A stretch of DNA of 64,000 nt from an uncultured Bacteroidota bacterium (GCA_903863935.1 CAIPDV010000069.1:19322-83321); one strand, 5' to 3'. Shown: positions 9,439-18,294, counted from the first letter of the stretch. Notes: generated from the letters alone by a model not told the origin. Program-made: numbers and translations.

Positions 9439-10065
9439 TTAGCCCTCTTTTCCCTCAGTATCTTTTTTAATTGCCAGCCGGGCTCCGGCGTAAAAGTTCA
9501 TCTCCCTTATGTACTCTCCTACCTGCGGAGGAACCATGTGTTTAATGGTCTTGCCTTCTTTAATAGCATTACGGATGAAGGTAGAGGAAAGCTCTACAAT
9601 AGGGGCTTCTGTAATAACAACGGAAGGGTGAGTTGCCAATGCAGCAGGTGTTTCCTCAGCGGATACACGGGGGTAGACAAACAGCTTAGAGTTCTTTAAA
9701 AGTTGTTCGTAGTTCTTCCATTTGTGCAGAGTGGCCAGGTTATCATACCCCAATATGAGTGAGAACTCCATCTTCGGATGTTTATCACTTAATATTGTAA
9801 GTGTGTCGATTGTGAAAGAGGGGCGTGGCAAGTCAAACTCAATGGAACTTGCCTTAAACCGGGAGTCGTACTCAATAGCCAGGCGTACCATGCTAATGCG
9901 GTTCTTTTCATTCAGCAGGGTTTCTTTCTTTTTCAAGGGGTTTTGAGGGGAGACTACAAACCAAACCTCATCGAGGTCGGTAAACTCAACCATATACTCG
10001 GCAATAACCAAATGCCCTATATGAATGGGATTAAAGGAACCAAAGAAAAGACCGACACGTTTCAT
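9439..10065 (-). CDS. nadD: Nicotinate-nucleotide adenylyltransferase
   Basis: N-terminal GLFFGSFNPIHIGHL nucleotidyltransferase (H/T)xGH motif. Length ~208 aa, typical of NadD. Confidence 0.85.
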   Translation of the reverse strand: MKRVGLFFGSFNPIHIGHLVIAEYMVEFTDLDEVWFVVSPQNPLKKKETLLNEKNRISMVRLAIEYDSRFKASSIEFDLPRPSFTIDTLTILSDKHPKMEFSLILGYDNLATLHKWKNYEQLLKNSKLFVYPRVSAEETPAALATHPSVVITEAPIVELSSTFIRNAIKEGKTIKHMVPPQVGEYIREMNFYAGARLAIKKDTEGKEG

Positions 10066-10091
10066 TTGATGATTGTTGAACTATCTAATCG

Positions 10092-10131
10092 TTCATAACT
10101 CATAGTTCATAGTTCTAAGCTCTTAGCTTAG
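10092..10131. repeat. Heptad tandem repeat array TTCATAAC TCATAGT TCATAGT TCTAAGC TCTTAGC in the nadD/mlaE divergent region, ~30 nt upstream of the nadD start
   Basis: Directly visible. Same repeat family as the three other arrays. Confidence 0.6.
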
Positions 10132-10274
10132 TGGCGGTAGTGCGAGTTATGTGTACTGAAATTAGGGCAGGTTCCGCAATGGTTCTTCCCCCGGAATATG
10201 AAGCATCCGGTAAGCAACTGCATGGAGGTTAATACGGTAATAAGGAGTAATACCCGTCTTGATTTCTTTGCCAT
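10128..10274 (-). CDS. Hypothetical 48-aa lipoprotein-like mini-protein (MAKKSRRVLLLITVLTSMQLLTGCFIFRGKNHCGTCPNFSTHNSHYRH)
   Basis: Hand-translated ORF below the 60-aa cutoff of the ORF track. Basic n-region, hydrophobic core, LTGC lipobox, Cys/His-rich tail. Sits in the 286-bp nadD/mlaE divergent intergenic region. Confidence 0.25.
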   Translation of the reverse strand: MAKKSRRVLLLITVLTSMQLLTGCFIFRGKNHCGTCPNFSTHNSHYRH

Positions 10275-10351
10275 GTTTGCAAATATACTATGGAATTGAA
10301 TATCCCCGGACTAAGGCAGCGTAATTTTAAAATACCTAATTTAGCAGCTTA

Positions 10352-11098
10352 ATGTTTAAAAGAGGGTTTTTTCATATAGGCAGGTACTTTAACATGCTCC
10401 AACGGGTTTTTTCAACCCCTGAAAAGTGGAGTGTTTACAAAAAAGAGTTCTTTCACGAGGTTGATAGTCTTGGAATTACCTCTCTGCCTATCATTGCCAT
10501 TATATCGCTGTTTATGGGCGCGGTAATTACCATTCAGGCCGCATTTGGTTTCACCAGTGCCTGGGTACCGCTATATGCCATTGGCTATACTACCCGCGAT
10601 TCAGTAATACTGGAGTTTTCCCCAACTATCATAAGTCTCATCCTGGCGGGAAAGGTGGGTTCGAACATTGCCTCGGAAATAGGAACTATGCGTATAAGTG
10701 AACAAATAGACGCGCTTGAAATTATGGGGGTCAATTCCCGGTCTTTTCTTATCATGCCCAAGATAGCAGCCTGTGTAATCATCAACCCGTTCCTTATTAT
10801 CATTAGTATGTTTTTAGGTATTGCAGGGGGCTGGTTGCTCGGTACGCTGGCCGGGGTGGTTACTACCTATCAATTTGTGTATGGTATTCAATACCAGTTC
10901 AACTCATTTAATATTACCTACGCACTTATCAAGACAGTGGTGTTTGCCTTTATCATTGCTTCCGTTTCTGCCTATCATGGGTATTACACCGAGGGTGGAG
11001 CATTGGAAGTAGGGAAGTCCAGTACAAGGGCTGTGGTGTATTGCAGTATACTTATTTTAGTGTTTAACTTCCTGCTAACCCAAATATTACTCTCTTAA
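10352..11098 (+). CDS. mlaE: MlaE-family ABC transporter permease
   Basis: Multi-TM protein. The conserved GTMRISEQIDALEIMGVN segment is characteristic of MlaE/Ttg2B permeases. Immediately followed by the ATPase gene. Confidence 0.7.
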   Translation: MFKRGFFHIGRYFNMLQRVFSTPEKWSVYKKEFFHEVDSLGITSLPIIAIISLFMGAVITIQAAFGFTSAWVPLYAIGYTTRDSVILEFSPTIISLILAGKVGSNIASEIGTMRISEQIDALEIMGVNSRSFLIMPKIAACVIINPFLIIISMFLGIAGGWLLGTLAGVVTTYQFVYGIQYQFNSFNITYALIKTVVFAFIIASVSAYHGYYTEGGALEVGKSSTRAVVYCSILILVFNFLLTQILLS

Positions 11099-11104
11099 AA
11101 GCTT

Positions 11105-11866
11105 ATGATAGAAGTTAAAAATATCAATAAGACTTTCGGTGGCAGGCATATCACCCAAAACTTCTCATGCACCTTTGAAAAGGGCAAGACTAATCTGATA
11201 ATCGGAGAGAGTGGTTCCGGCAAAACGGTATTGTTGAAATGTATTGTAGGCCTCACGGAAGTTGATTCCGGCGAGGTATTATACGATGGACAAAACTTCC
11301 TGAAATTTAATGCAAAAGAAAAGCAGAATCTCCGTAAGGAAATAGGCATGTTGTTCCAGGGAGGGGCTTTGTTTGACTCTAAAACTGTAGAGGAGAATAT
11401 CATGTTTCCATTGGCTATGTTTACCGATATGACAGAAAAGGAACAGAAGGAAAGAGCCGATTTTTGTCTGTCAAAGGTTAATTTAAGCCAGGCAGGCGAC
11501 CTCTACCCATCGGAATTAAGCGGTGGAATGAAGAAGAGGGTTGCTATTGCGCGGGCTATTGCACCTAACCCCAAATATTTGTTTTGCGATGAACCAAACT
11601 CGGGGCTCGATCCTAAAACATCCATCCTGATTGATAAGCTGATAAAGGATATTACAGAAGAGTTCCAGATGACCACAATTGTTATTACCCATGATATGAA
11701 CTCGGTAATGGAAATAGGGGAGAAGGTGGTATTCATCTGCAAAAACCAGAAATGGTGGGAAGGTACAAACCAAACCATACTTGATACTGACAATAAGGAA
11801 CTACAGGATTTCATCTATGTTTCCAAATTCCTGAAAGAACTTAAAGATAAAAAAACGAATGCGTAA
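11105..11866 (+). CDS. mlaF: MlaF-like ABC transporter ATP-binding protein
   Basis: Walker A GESGSGKT, ABC signature LSGGMKKRVAIARA, Walker B LFCDEP. Confidence 0.75.
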   Translation: MIEVKNINKTFGGRHITQNFSCTFEKGKTNLIIGESGSGKTVLLKCIVGLTEVDSGEVLYDGQNFLKFNAKEKQNLRKEIGMLFQGGALFDSKTVEENIMFPLAMFTDMTEKEQKERADFCLSKVNLSQAGDLYPSELSGGMKKRVAIARAIAPNPKYLFCDEPNSGLDPKTSILIDKLIKDITEEFQMTTIVITHDMNSVMEIGEKVVFICKNQKWWEGTNQTILDTDNKELQDFIYVSKFLKELKDKKTNA

Positions 11867-11908
11867 CGGGCACTCGATATAATACTTATATTTGTAAAAA
11901 AACATACC

Positions 11909-12265
11909 ATGGCTATGAAGGTAGAAAAGCACAAAAACTGTATGGTGGTAAGAATTCAGGCTGAAAAGCTGGATACAGCCATAGCTCCAGACCTGAAAGC
12001 ACATTTCGTTAACATCAGTTCAGAAGGGGCAAAAAACATAATTCTTGATTTATCCATTCCACGCTATTGCGATTCTTCCGGACTAAGCGCAATACTTGTG
12101 GGTAACCGTTTATGTAAGAATGCGGGTGGAAAGCTTGTTCTTACAGGCGTCAGGGATCCTGTTAAAAAACTCATTCTTATTTCACAATTAGACAGCATTC
12201 TTAACTCCGCTTCTTCTGTTGACGACGGCATAAAGATGCTAAGTGAGCTTGAGACAAGCAAGTAA
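11909..12265 (+). CDS. STAS-domain protein (anti-sigma-factor antagonist-like / MlaB-like)
   Basis: ~118 aa. SpoIIAA-like STAS pattern (..ILDLS...Y.DSSGL..L). Sits directly after mlaEF, consistent with an MlaB-type role. Confidence 0.55.
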   Translation: MAMKVEKHKNCMVVRIQAEKLDTAIAPDLKAHFVNISSEGAKNIILDLSIPRYCDSSGLSAILVGNRLCKNAGGKLVLTGVRDPVKKLILISQLDSILNSASSVDDGIKMLSELETSK

Positions 12266-12268
12266 TTT

Positions 12269-13186
12269 GTGGAGGCCTTTGATGTAACCATTCTTGGCTG
12301 TAGTTCGGCTCTTCCGGCTTTCGGACGCTATCCCAGTTCTCAGCTTGTTCAAATTGCCAGCCGCTATTTCCTGGTAGATTGTGGTGAAGGCACCCAAATG
12401 CAACTTCGCCGGTATTCATTGAAGTTCCAGCGGATCGAACATATTTTTATTTCTCATTTGCATGGCGATCATTATCTCGGTTTACCCGGACTTTTATCGA
12501 GCATGCATTTGCTTGGCAGGACTGATCCATTGCACATATACGGGGACAAAGGCCTGGAGGAAATTCTGAATATAAATAATAAGTATTCGCACACGGTTTT
12601 AAAATATGAGGTTCATTTTCACGCACTCGATTTTAAAGAACCCAAATTATTATTTGAGGATGATAAAGTGAAAATATCATCAATTATTTTAAAGCATTCT
12701 ATTGATTGTTGCGGATTTGTTTTTGAAGAAAAAAACCGCCCCAGAAAACTAATAAAAGAAAAAATTGAGGCGCTCAAAATACCCATCGCATCATTGGAGT
12801 CTATAAAGTGGGGTGCCGATTACACCTATCCCGAAGGAACCGTAACCATCCTCAATAAAGATATTACAACCGACCCTTTGCCACCACGTAAATATGCCTA
12901 TTGCTCCGATACTATATATAATCAGGATTTGATTTCGCATATTCAGAATTCTGATATGATTTATCACGAAGCAACCTTTATGGAAGACATGCGTGAACGC
13001 GCTGACCAGACTATGCACTCCACGGCTATGGATGCTGCACGCATAGCCAAAGATGCAAATGTGAAACGATTATTGCTCGGGCATTTTTCGGCACGGTACA
13101 AAGACCTGAATCTATTGCTTGAAGAAGCCAAAACCATTTTCCCTGCAACCTATCTCGCACAGGAAGGAGAGAAATATTATTTGTGA
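12269..13186 (+). CDS. rnz: Ribonuclease Z (tRNA 3' endonuclease), metallo-beta-lactamase fold
   Basis: HxHxDH motif (SHLHGDHYLGLPGLL). ~305 aa. The N-terminus VTILGCSSALP is typical of RNase Z. Likely GTG start. Confidence 0.8.
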   Translation: MEAFDVTILGCSSALPAFGRYPSSQLVQIASRYFLVDCGEGTQMQLRRYSLKFQRIEHIFISHLHGDHYLGLPGLLSSMHLLGRTDPLHIYGDKGLEEILNINNKYSHTVLKYEVHFHALDFKEPKLLFEDDKVKISSIILKHSIDCCGFVFEEKNRPRKLIKEKIEALKIPIASLESIKWGADYTYPEGTVTILNKDITTDPLPPRKYAYCSDTIYNQDLISHIQNSDMIYHEATFMEDMRERADQTMHSTAMDAARIAKDANVKRLLLGHFSARYKDLNLLLEEAKTIFPATYLAQEGEKYYL

Positions 13187-13192
13187 TTAGAT

Positions 13193-13285
13193 ACAATGGA
13201 ACGCTGATGACGCAGATGATTATGATTAACACAGATAAAAAATCAGCGGAAATCAGTCCAATCCGCGTCATCAGCGTTCCATTGT
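13193..13285. repeat. Inverted repeat with 21-bp perfect arms (ACAATGGAACGCTGATGACGC / GCGTCATCAGCGTTCCATTGT) and a ~51-nt spacer, between rnz and tadA
   Basis: Read directly from the sequence. Followed by ATTTT. Could act as a long-loop terminator or a structured RNA. Confidence 0.6.
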
Positions 13286-13301
13286 ATTTTAAAATAATGG
13301 T

Positions 13302-13757
13302 ATGGATTTAGTAAAACAAGACGAACACTACATGCGCGAAGCTTTGAAGGAAGCCCGCAAAGCACTCGAAAAAGACGAAGTGCCTATTGGTGCTGTTATT
13401 GTCTGTGATGGACTTATAATAGCCCGTGCCTATAATTATACCGAACATTTAAACGATGTTACCGCCCACGCCGAAATGCAAGCTATTACTTCAGCAGCTA
13501 ATAATTTAGGAGGAAAATATTTGCAGGAATGTACGTTGTATGTAACTATTGAACCTTGTGTAATGTGTGCCGGAGCTTTGTTCTGGGCACAGATTGGCAG
13601 AATTGTCTACGGTGCCAGTGACCCGAAAAGAGGCTTCTCTAAAATAGGTGTGCACTTATTGCACCCCCGCACAAAAATATCTAAAGGAATTTTGGAAGAA
13701 GAGTGTTCAAGCATCCTAACAAACTTTTTTGAAGGGAAAAGAAGGGAGAGGAATTAA
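13302..13757 (+). CDS. tadA: tRNA-specific adenosine deaminase
   Basis: CDA-fold zinc motifs HAEMQAI and PCVMCAGAL. ~150 aa. Confidence 0.85.
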   Translation: MDLVKQDEHYMREALKEARKALEKDEVPIGAVIVCDGLIIARAYNYTEHLNDVTAHAEMQAITSAANNLGGKYLQECTLYVTIEPCVMCAGALFWAQIGRIVYGASDPKRGFSKIGVHLLHPRTKISKGILEEECSSILTNFFEGKRRERN

Positions 13758-13970
13758 ATCTTTAGAGTCATTGACTTTTTTCGCAAGTACTATTTCATGA
13801 CTTATTTTTGTACTGAAACAAGTTCGGCACAGGCTTTATGGAAAAAACAGGGGCATGCAAAAAAATAATTTTCAGGAGAATAGTATTCACCATTTTTTTG
13901 TTATTTACTGTTATTAACAGGCGGATACTTTGTAATGCGCTCATATTCAATATGCGAAAAAAATCTACGT

Positions 13971-14040
13971 CTCTGTTATTTACCTGTTATTCTCCTGTTA
14001 CCTCTCTGTTATTGCTCCTGTTAATTCCCTGTTATTTTTA
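13971..14040. repeat. Tandem array of six 11-12-bp units (consensus cCTGTTATTnnn) upstream of hemH
   Basis: Units: ctctgttatttac, ctgttattctc, ctgttacctct, ctgttattgctc, ctgttaattcc, ctgttattttta. The ~11.5-bp period is about one helical turn. Confidence 0.6.
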
Positions 14041-14073
14041 GTCTTTTTTGTGGTAAAACCTCAACTTTTCAAT

Positions 14074-14102
14074 ATATAACTCATAACGTATAACTCATAA
14101 CT
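14074..14102. repeat. Heptad tandem repeat array (TATAAC TCATAAC GTATAAC TCATAAC) ~25 nt upstream of the hemH start
   Basis: One of four similar arrays in the window (see findings). Confidence 0.6.
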
Positions 14103-14125
14103 GTTCAAATCGCTACTTTTGTGCA

Positions 14126-15160
14126 ATGAGCATCTCTCAAAAAACCGGCATCTTACTTTTAAATCTTGGTACACCTGATAGTCCAAGTACTGCAGATGTT
14201 AGGAAATACCTTCGTGAATTCCTTTGCGACCCGCGTGTGATCGATGTTCCCTGGCTACAAAGGCAACTGCTGGTGAAGTTGATAATCGCTCCTTTCAGAG
14301 GGCCGAAATCAGCAGCACAGTATCAACAAATATGGACCAAAGAGGGTTCCCCACTTCTTATACATAGCATGAACTTGGCGAAAAAGATGCAACAGAAAAT
14401 GGGCGATAAGTATGTTGTAGAGTTGGGAATGCGATATCAAAGCCCTCCTGTTTCGGAAGCACTGAATAAGATACTAAAGACTCCCGGAGTAGGGAAAGTG
14501 GTCATTGTTCCGCTCTATCCACAATACTCTGCATCTGCTACATCTTCATCGGTAGACAAGGCGATTGAGCTTCTCAAAAAGCAGGATGTAATACCTCCTT
14601 TTACTTTTACCGGTCCTTTCTACGATAACCCTTTATACATTGAAGCTTTTGCAAAGGTCTGGAAGAAGAAATACAACTTTGATGAGTACGATCATTTCTT
14701 ATTCAGCTATCACGGACTTCCTGAAAGGCACATCCACACTGCCTCTAACGAAAAGAATATGAAATGTAATCTGAATGGTTGCTGTGATGCTATCTCCTCT
14801 CAAAACTATTTCTGTTACCGTGCCTCTTGTTTCCATACAACACGATTATTAGTCGAAGCACTCGGACTCAAACCAGGTACTTATACCTCATCCTTCCAAT
14901 CAAGACTTGGTAAAGACCCTTGGATAAAACCTTACACCGACCATACCATTATTGACATCGCCAAAAAAGGAATTAAAAAGATGTTGGTTTTTTCGCCTGC
15001 ATTTGTAGCCGATTGTTTAGAGACTATTTTTGAAGTGAAAGTAGAATATGCACGTCTGTTTAAAGAGCATGGTGGCGAAACCCTGCATTTGGCCGAAAGC
15101 CTGAATGACAACGATGAATGGGTAGAGGCTTTGGAGGGCATAATTTTAAATGCTAAATAG
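14126..15160 (+). CDS. hemH: Ferrochelatase
   Basis: N-terminus GILLLNLGTPDSPSTADVRKYLREFL.DPRV and overall ~344 aa length match protoporphyrin ferrochelatase. Confidence 0.85.
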   Translation: MSISQKTGILLLNLGTPDSPSTADVRKYLREFLCDPRVIDVPWLQRQLLVKLIIAPFRGPKSAAQYQQIWTKEGSPLLIHSMNLAKKMQQKMGDKYVVELGMRYQSPPVSEALNKILKTPGVGKVVIVPLYPQYSASATSSSVDKAIELLKKQDVIPPFTFTGPFYDNPLYIEAFAKVWKKKYNFDEYDHFLFSYHGLPERHIHTASNEKNMKCNLNGCCDAISSQNYFCYRASCFHTTRLLVEALGLKPGTYTSSFQSRLGKDPWIKPYTDHTIIDIAKKGIKKMLVFSPAFVADCLETIFEVKVEYARLFKEHGGETLHLAESLNDNDEWVEALEGIILNAK

Positions 15161-15227
15161 GAAACCATTTAAGGTTCTTTAACAATCCGTGGTTTGGGTT
15201 TCATCGTAAATGCTTTAAATTTATACC

Positions 15228-15716
15228 ATGAATACACGACTTATAATTCTAACCTTGCTAACATTCACCTTAAAGGGATGTTCGCAACAACCTTCGAAAA
15301 CTATGGATAACACACAAAATCAAACCCAGGTTGATACTAATCACTGGAGAAAGTTAACTCCTGAAGAAGCTTATGTAATTGTAAACAAGGGAACCGAACG
15401 CCCCGGAACAGGAAAGCTGTTGTATAATAATGTGCAGGGTATTTATACGTGCAGAAGATGTGGAACCCCGCTATTCACCTCGCATGATAAGTTCCAGAGC
15501 GAATGCGGATGGCCCAGTTTTGACGATGCAATTGCAGGGGCTGTTCTTCAAATTCCGGATGCAGATGGAGAACGAACCGAAATAGAATGTGCCCGATGCC
15601 ATGCCCACTTAGGCCATGTATTTACAGGAGAACACATGACATCCAAAAATACCCGCTACTGCGTAAACTCTGTCTCCATGGATTTTATTCCGGCAGATAG
15701 TGTGAAAGCAAAATAA
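15228..15716 (+). CDS. msrB: Peptide-methionine (R)-S-oxide reductase MsrB, lipoprotein-type signal peptide
   Basis: SelR-domain motifs GIYTCRRCGTPLF, CGWPSF and catalytic RYCVNS. Confidence 0.85.
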   Translation: MNTRLIILTLLTFTLKGCSQQPSKTMDNTQNQTQVDTNHWRKLTPEEAYVIVNKGTERPGTGKLLYNNVQGIYTCRRCGTPLFTSHDKFQSECGWPSFDDAIAGAVLQIPDADGERTEIECARCHAHLGHVFTGEHMTSKNTRYCVNSVSMDFIPADSVKAK

Positions 15717-15799
15717 TAGTTAAAGAAAGTTTGATGGTTAAAGGCTCCGCTTCAAGAAATTGGAGCGGGGCTTTTAGTTAATTGCCAGTCGGGCTCCGA

Positions 15800-17725
15800 C
15801 TAGGCTGTAATCTTATTCAACTCCTCAGAAAACCCTTCCCAAACTTTGAATTTCTCTTCAAGTTTGGTTTTCAGGGTTTGGTAATCGGCCAATATTTTGG
15901 AGGTATCCGGATATGTTTCGTAGAAGTCAGGATGGTTAATAACCTTTTCGGCATCGCTTATTTGTTTCTCTAATTCGGCAATCTCGTCTTCGGTCTTTTT
16001 TATCTTCGATTCCAGGTTCTTCACTTTCCGTACCTCTTCATTCAATGCATTCTGGGCCTTTGGTTCCGCTTTGGCAACCTTCTTATCTTCCATACTTAAC
16101 CTGGTTTCGTTAAGCCTTTCCAGTTTGCGTTTGCGCATAAACTCATTAATATCGCACAGGTGTTCTTTCACATGCCCGTCACGGAATTCATAGAGTTTAT
16201 TTACAAGCCCATCTAAAAAGTCCCTATCGTGAGAAACGATAATCAGTGTGCCTTCATATTTGAGCAAAGCATTTTTCAAAATGTCTTTAGAACGAATATC
16301 CAAGTGGTTGGTAGGCTCATCAAGCATTAGTACGTTATATGGTTGAAGTAGAAGTTTGCATAAAGCTAACCGTCCGCGCTCACCACCGCTAAGTACTTTT
16401 ACTTTTTTATCTACATCCTCACCGCTGAAAAGGAAAGCTCCTAGCAGGTTTCGAATGCGTGCCCTAATCTCACCCACTGCCAATTCATCAATAGTATCAA
16501 AAACTGTTTTGTTGGAATCAAGCTTCTCCGCCTGATCCTGTTCAAAATATCCCATCAACACATTATGGCCCAGTTTTACCATTCCTTCTGTTGCGGTTTG
16601 GGCAGCTATCATTTTCATCATGGTAGTCTTTCCTTCGCCATTCCTGCCTACAAAAGCTATACGTTCTCCTTTCTCAATAATAAAATTAGCGTTTGAAAAT
16701 ATCCTCTTTTCGCCATACATTTTCCCTGCATTCTCCACCGTGAGTGCAATCTTGCCGCTATGCGCAGGAGGCGGGAATTTGAAATACATCGAAGCGGAAT
16801 CATCATTATCCACTTCAATAATATCCATCTTATCGAGCTGCTTAATCAACGATTGTGCGAATGCCGCCTTACTTGCTTTTGCCCTGTACTTGTCAATAAG
16901 CACCTGTGTCTTGGCAATTACCTTTTGTTGGTTTTTAGCAGCTGCTTCCTGTTGCTCTCTGCGCTCTTTGCGGAGCGTGAGGTAGTGGCTATAATTGGTT
17001 TTGTAATCGTAAATCTTATTGTTGGATATCTCAATAGTACGTGTGGTTACGTTATCCAAAAACTTTTTATCGTGGGAAATTAGCACCAACGACCCCGGAA
17101 ATGTTTCCATAAACTCCTCCAGCCATTGCATAGATTCAATGTCCAAGTGATTGGTTGGTTCATCTAATAAAAGTACATCCGGTTTTTGAAGTAAGAGTTT
17201 AACCAGCTCAATACGCATTCTCCATCCGCCGCTAAGCTCTGAGGTAGGACGGTTAAATTCACTTCGTTCAAATCCGAGACCTTTCAGTTTCTTTTCTATT
17301 TCCTCATCACGGTTTCCTGAGCCAAGTATATCAAGGCGATGGGTTATATCGGTTACTTCAGTTATTAAATTGGAATAGGCATCACTTTCATAGTCGGTTC
17401 GGGTCTCTAACTGATGGTTAACCTCGGTAAGCCGGGCTTCTAACTGTTGAATCTCAATAAAAGCAGTTGCAGCCTCTTCAAATACGGTTTTGCCATGTTG
17501 GTGAACCATATCCTGGGGCAAGTAGGCTATTTTAAGGCCGTTTGGTTTACCTATACTGCCAGAGGTAGGGTTTTGCAACCCCGACAAAAGTTTGAGCATG
17601 GTGCTCTTACCTGAGCCATTTTTACCAGCAAGGCCAATACGGTCATTATCATTAACAAGAAAGCTTACGTTCTCGAACAGATTAAAGCCTCCGAAGGCTA
17701 CGGTTATGTTATTTACTGATATCAT
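15800..17725 (-). CDS. ABC-F family ATPase (two fused ABC domains, C-terminal coiled coil), Uup/YbiT/EttA-like
   Basis: Two Walker A motifs (GKNGSGKST, GRNGEGKTT) and two LSGG signatures. No transmembrane domain. Lys/Glu-rich coiled-coil C-terminus. Confidence 0.8.
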   Translation of the reverse strand: MISVNNITVAFGGFNLFENVSFLVNDNDRIGLAGKNGSGKSTMLKLLSGLQNPTSGSIGKPNGLKIAYLPQDMVHQHGKTVFEEAATAFIEIQQLEARLTEVNHQLETRTDYESDAYSNLITEVTDITHRLDILGSGNRDEEIEKKLKGLGFERSEFNRPTSELSGGWRMRIELVKLLLQKPDVLLLDEPTNHLDIESMQWLEEFMETFPGSLVLISHDKKFLDNVTTRTIEISNNKIYDYKTNYSHYLTLRKERREQQEAAAKNQQKVIAKTQVLIDKYRAKASKAAFAQSLIKQLDKMDIIEVDNDDSASMYFKFPPPAHSGKIALTVENAGKMYGEKRIFSNANFIIEKGERIAFVGRNGEGKTTMMKMIAAQTATEGMVKLGHNVLMGYFEQDQAEKLDSNKTVFDTIDELAVGEIRARIRNLLGAFLFSGEDVDKKVKVLSGGERGRLALCKLLLQPYNVLMLDEPTNHLDIRSKDILKNALLKYEGTLIIVSHDRDFLDGLVNKLYEFRDGHVKEHLCDINEFMRKRKLERLNETRLSMEDKKVAKAEPKAQNALNEEVRKVKNLESKIKKTEDEIAELEKQISDAEKVINHPDFYETYPDTSKILADYQTLKTKLEEKFKVWEGFSEELNKITA

Positions 17726-17843
17726 TTTTTATACTTCTTACCCCGATTTTTTGGGTTTGGGCGTGCAAAAGTAAGCTAAAAAAGCGAAAAGGTCGCCTTA
17801 CCGTGAAGTAAGACAACCTTTCAGGTTGAAAAGAGAAGCAAAA

Positions 17844-18089
17844 TTACTTAGCGGCTTTCTTTACAGGAGCACCCTTATGGGTGTGTGCAGCTGGCTTAGC
17901 GGCTGGTTTGGTTGCCGGTTTAACAGCAGGCTTAACGGCTGGTTTAGCAGCAGGTTTTGTGGTTTGTTTCGGATCTTGTTTTGCAACAGGAGCTTTTGTT
18001 GTTTGTTTTACATGTTTTACACTTGGAGCTGCAAAAGCAAAACTTCCGAAGAGAACTGCACTGGCGAGGATCAAACTTAACTTTTTCAT
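17844..18089 (-). CDS. Small secreted Lys/Ala/Pro-rich low-complexity protein, copy 1 of 3 (81 aa)
   Basis: Signal peptide MKKLSLILASAVLFGSFAFA|AP, then KPAAKPAVKPAVKPATKPAAKPAA repeats. Conserved promoter/leader upstream and a hairpin + T-tract downstream. Confidence 0.5.
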   Translation of the reverse strand: MKKLSLILASAVLFGSFAFAAPSVKHVKQTTKAPVAKQDPKQTTKPAAKPAVKPAVKPATKPAAKPAAHTHKGAPVKKAAK

Positions 18090-18129
18090 GACTTTTTTTG
18101 TTTTAATATTATTTGTTAGAATCTGAAAG

Positions 18130-18137
18130 CAAAATTA
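18130..18137 (-). promoter_or_regulatory. Bacteroidetes-type -7 promoter box TAATTTTG for copy 1 of the small Lys-rich genes
   Basis: Matches the TAnnTTTG consensus of Bacteroidetes sigma-A promoters, ~40 nt upstream of the ATG. Lies within a ~75-bp block conserved upstream of all three copies. Confidence 0.45.
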
Positions 18138-18230
18138 CAGTAACAGAATGAAGATGGTATGAAGACCTTCGTGGATAGTGTGTTAATGGATGTTAAAAAA
18201 ACGCGATTGTAAAAAAGATTGGCAGGTTGA

Positions 18231-18272
18231 TTAAAATAAAAAAGGTTGTCTTGCACCAGAGCAAGACAACCT
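18231..18272 (-). terminator. Rho-independent terminator of small Lys-rich gene copy 2
   Basis: Perfect 11-bp stem GGTTGTCTTGC/GCAAGACAACC with a 7-nt loop, followed on the minus strand by a T-tract. Confidence 0.65.
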
Positions 18273-18294
18273 TCCAGGTTGAATAGGACAAGAA

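Noticed and set aside
9218-9442. 74-aa plus-strand ORF in the HTH/nadD intergenic region
   Set aside because: It runs through both terminator palindromes and has no coding-like composition. The region is better explained as terminators or structured RNA.
13971-14040. Possible CRISPR array
   Set aside because: The repeat units are only 11-12 bp with no intervening unique spacers. No cas genes are present in the window.
13838-14041. 67-aa ORF spanning the CTGTTATT tandem array
   Set aside because: The open frame is produced by the 11-12-bp DNA repeats themselves (translation LLFTVINRR..LLLLLIPCYF). It is better explained as a regulatory repeat array.
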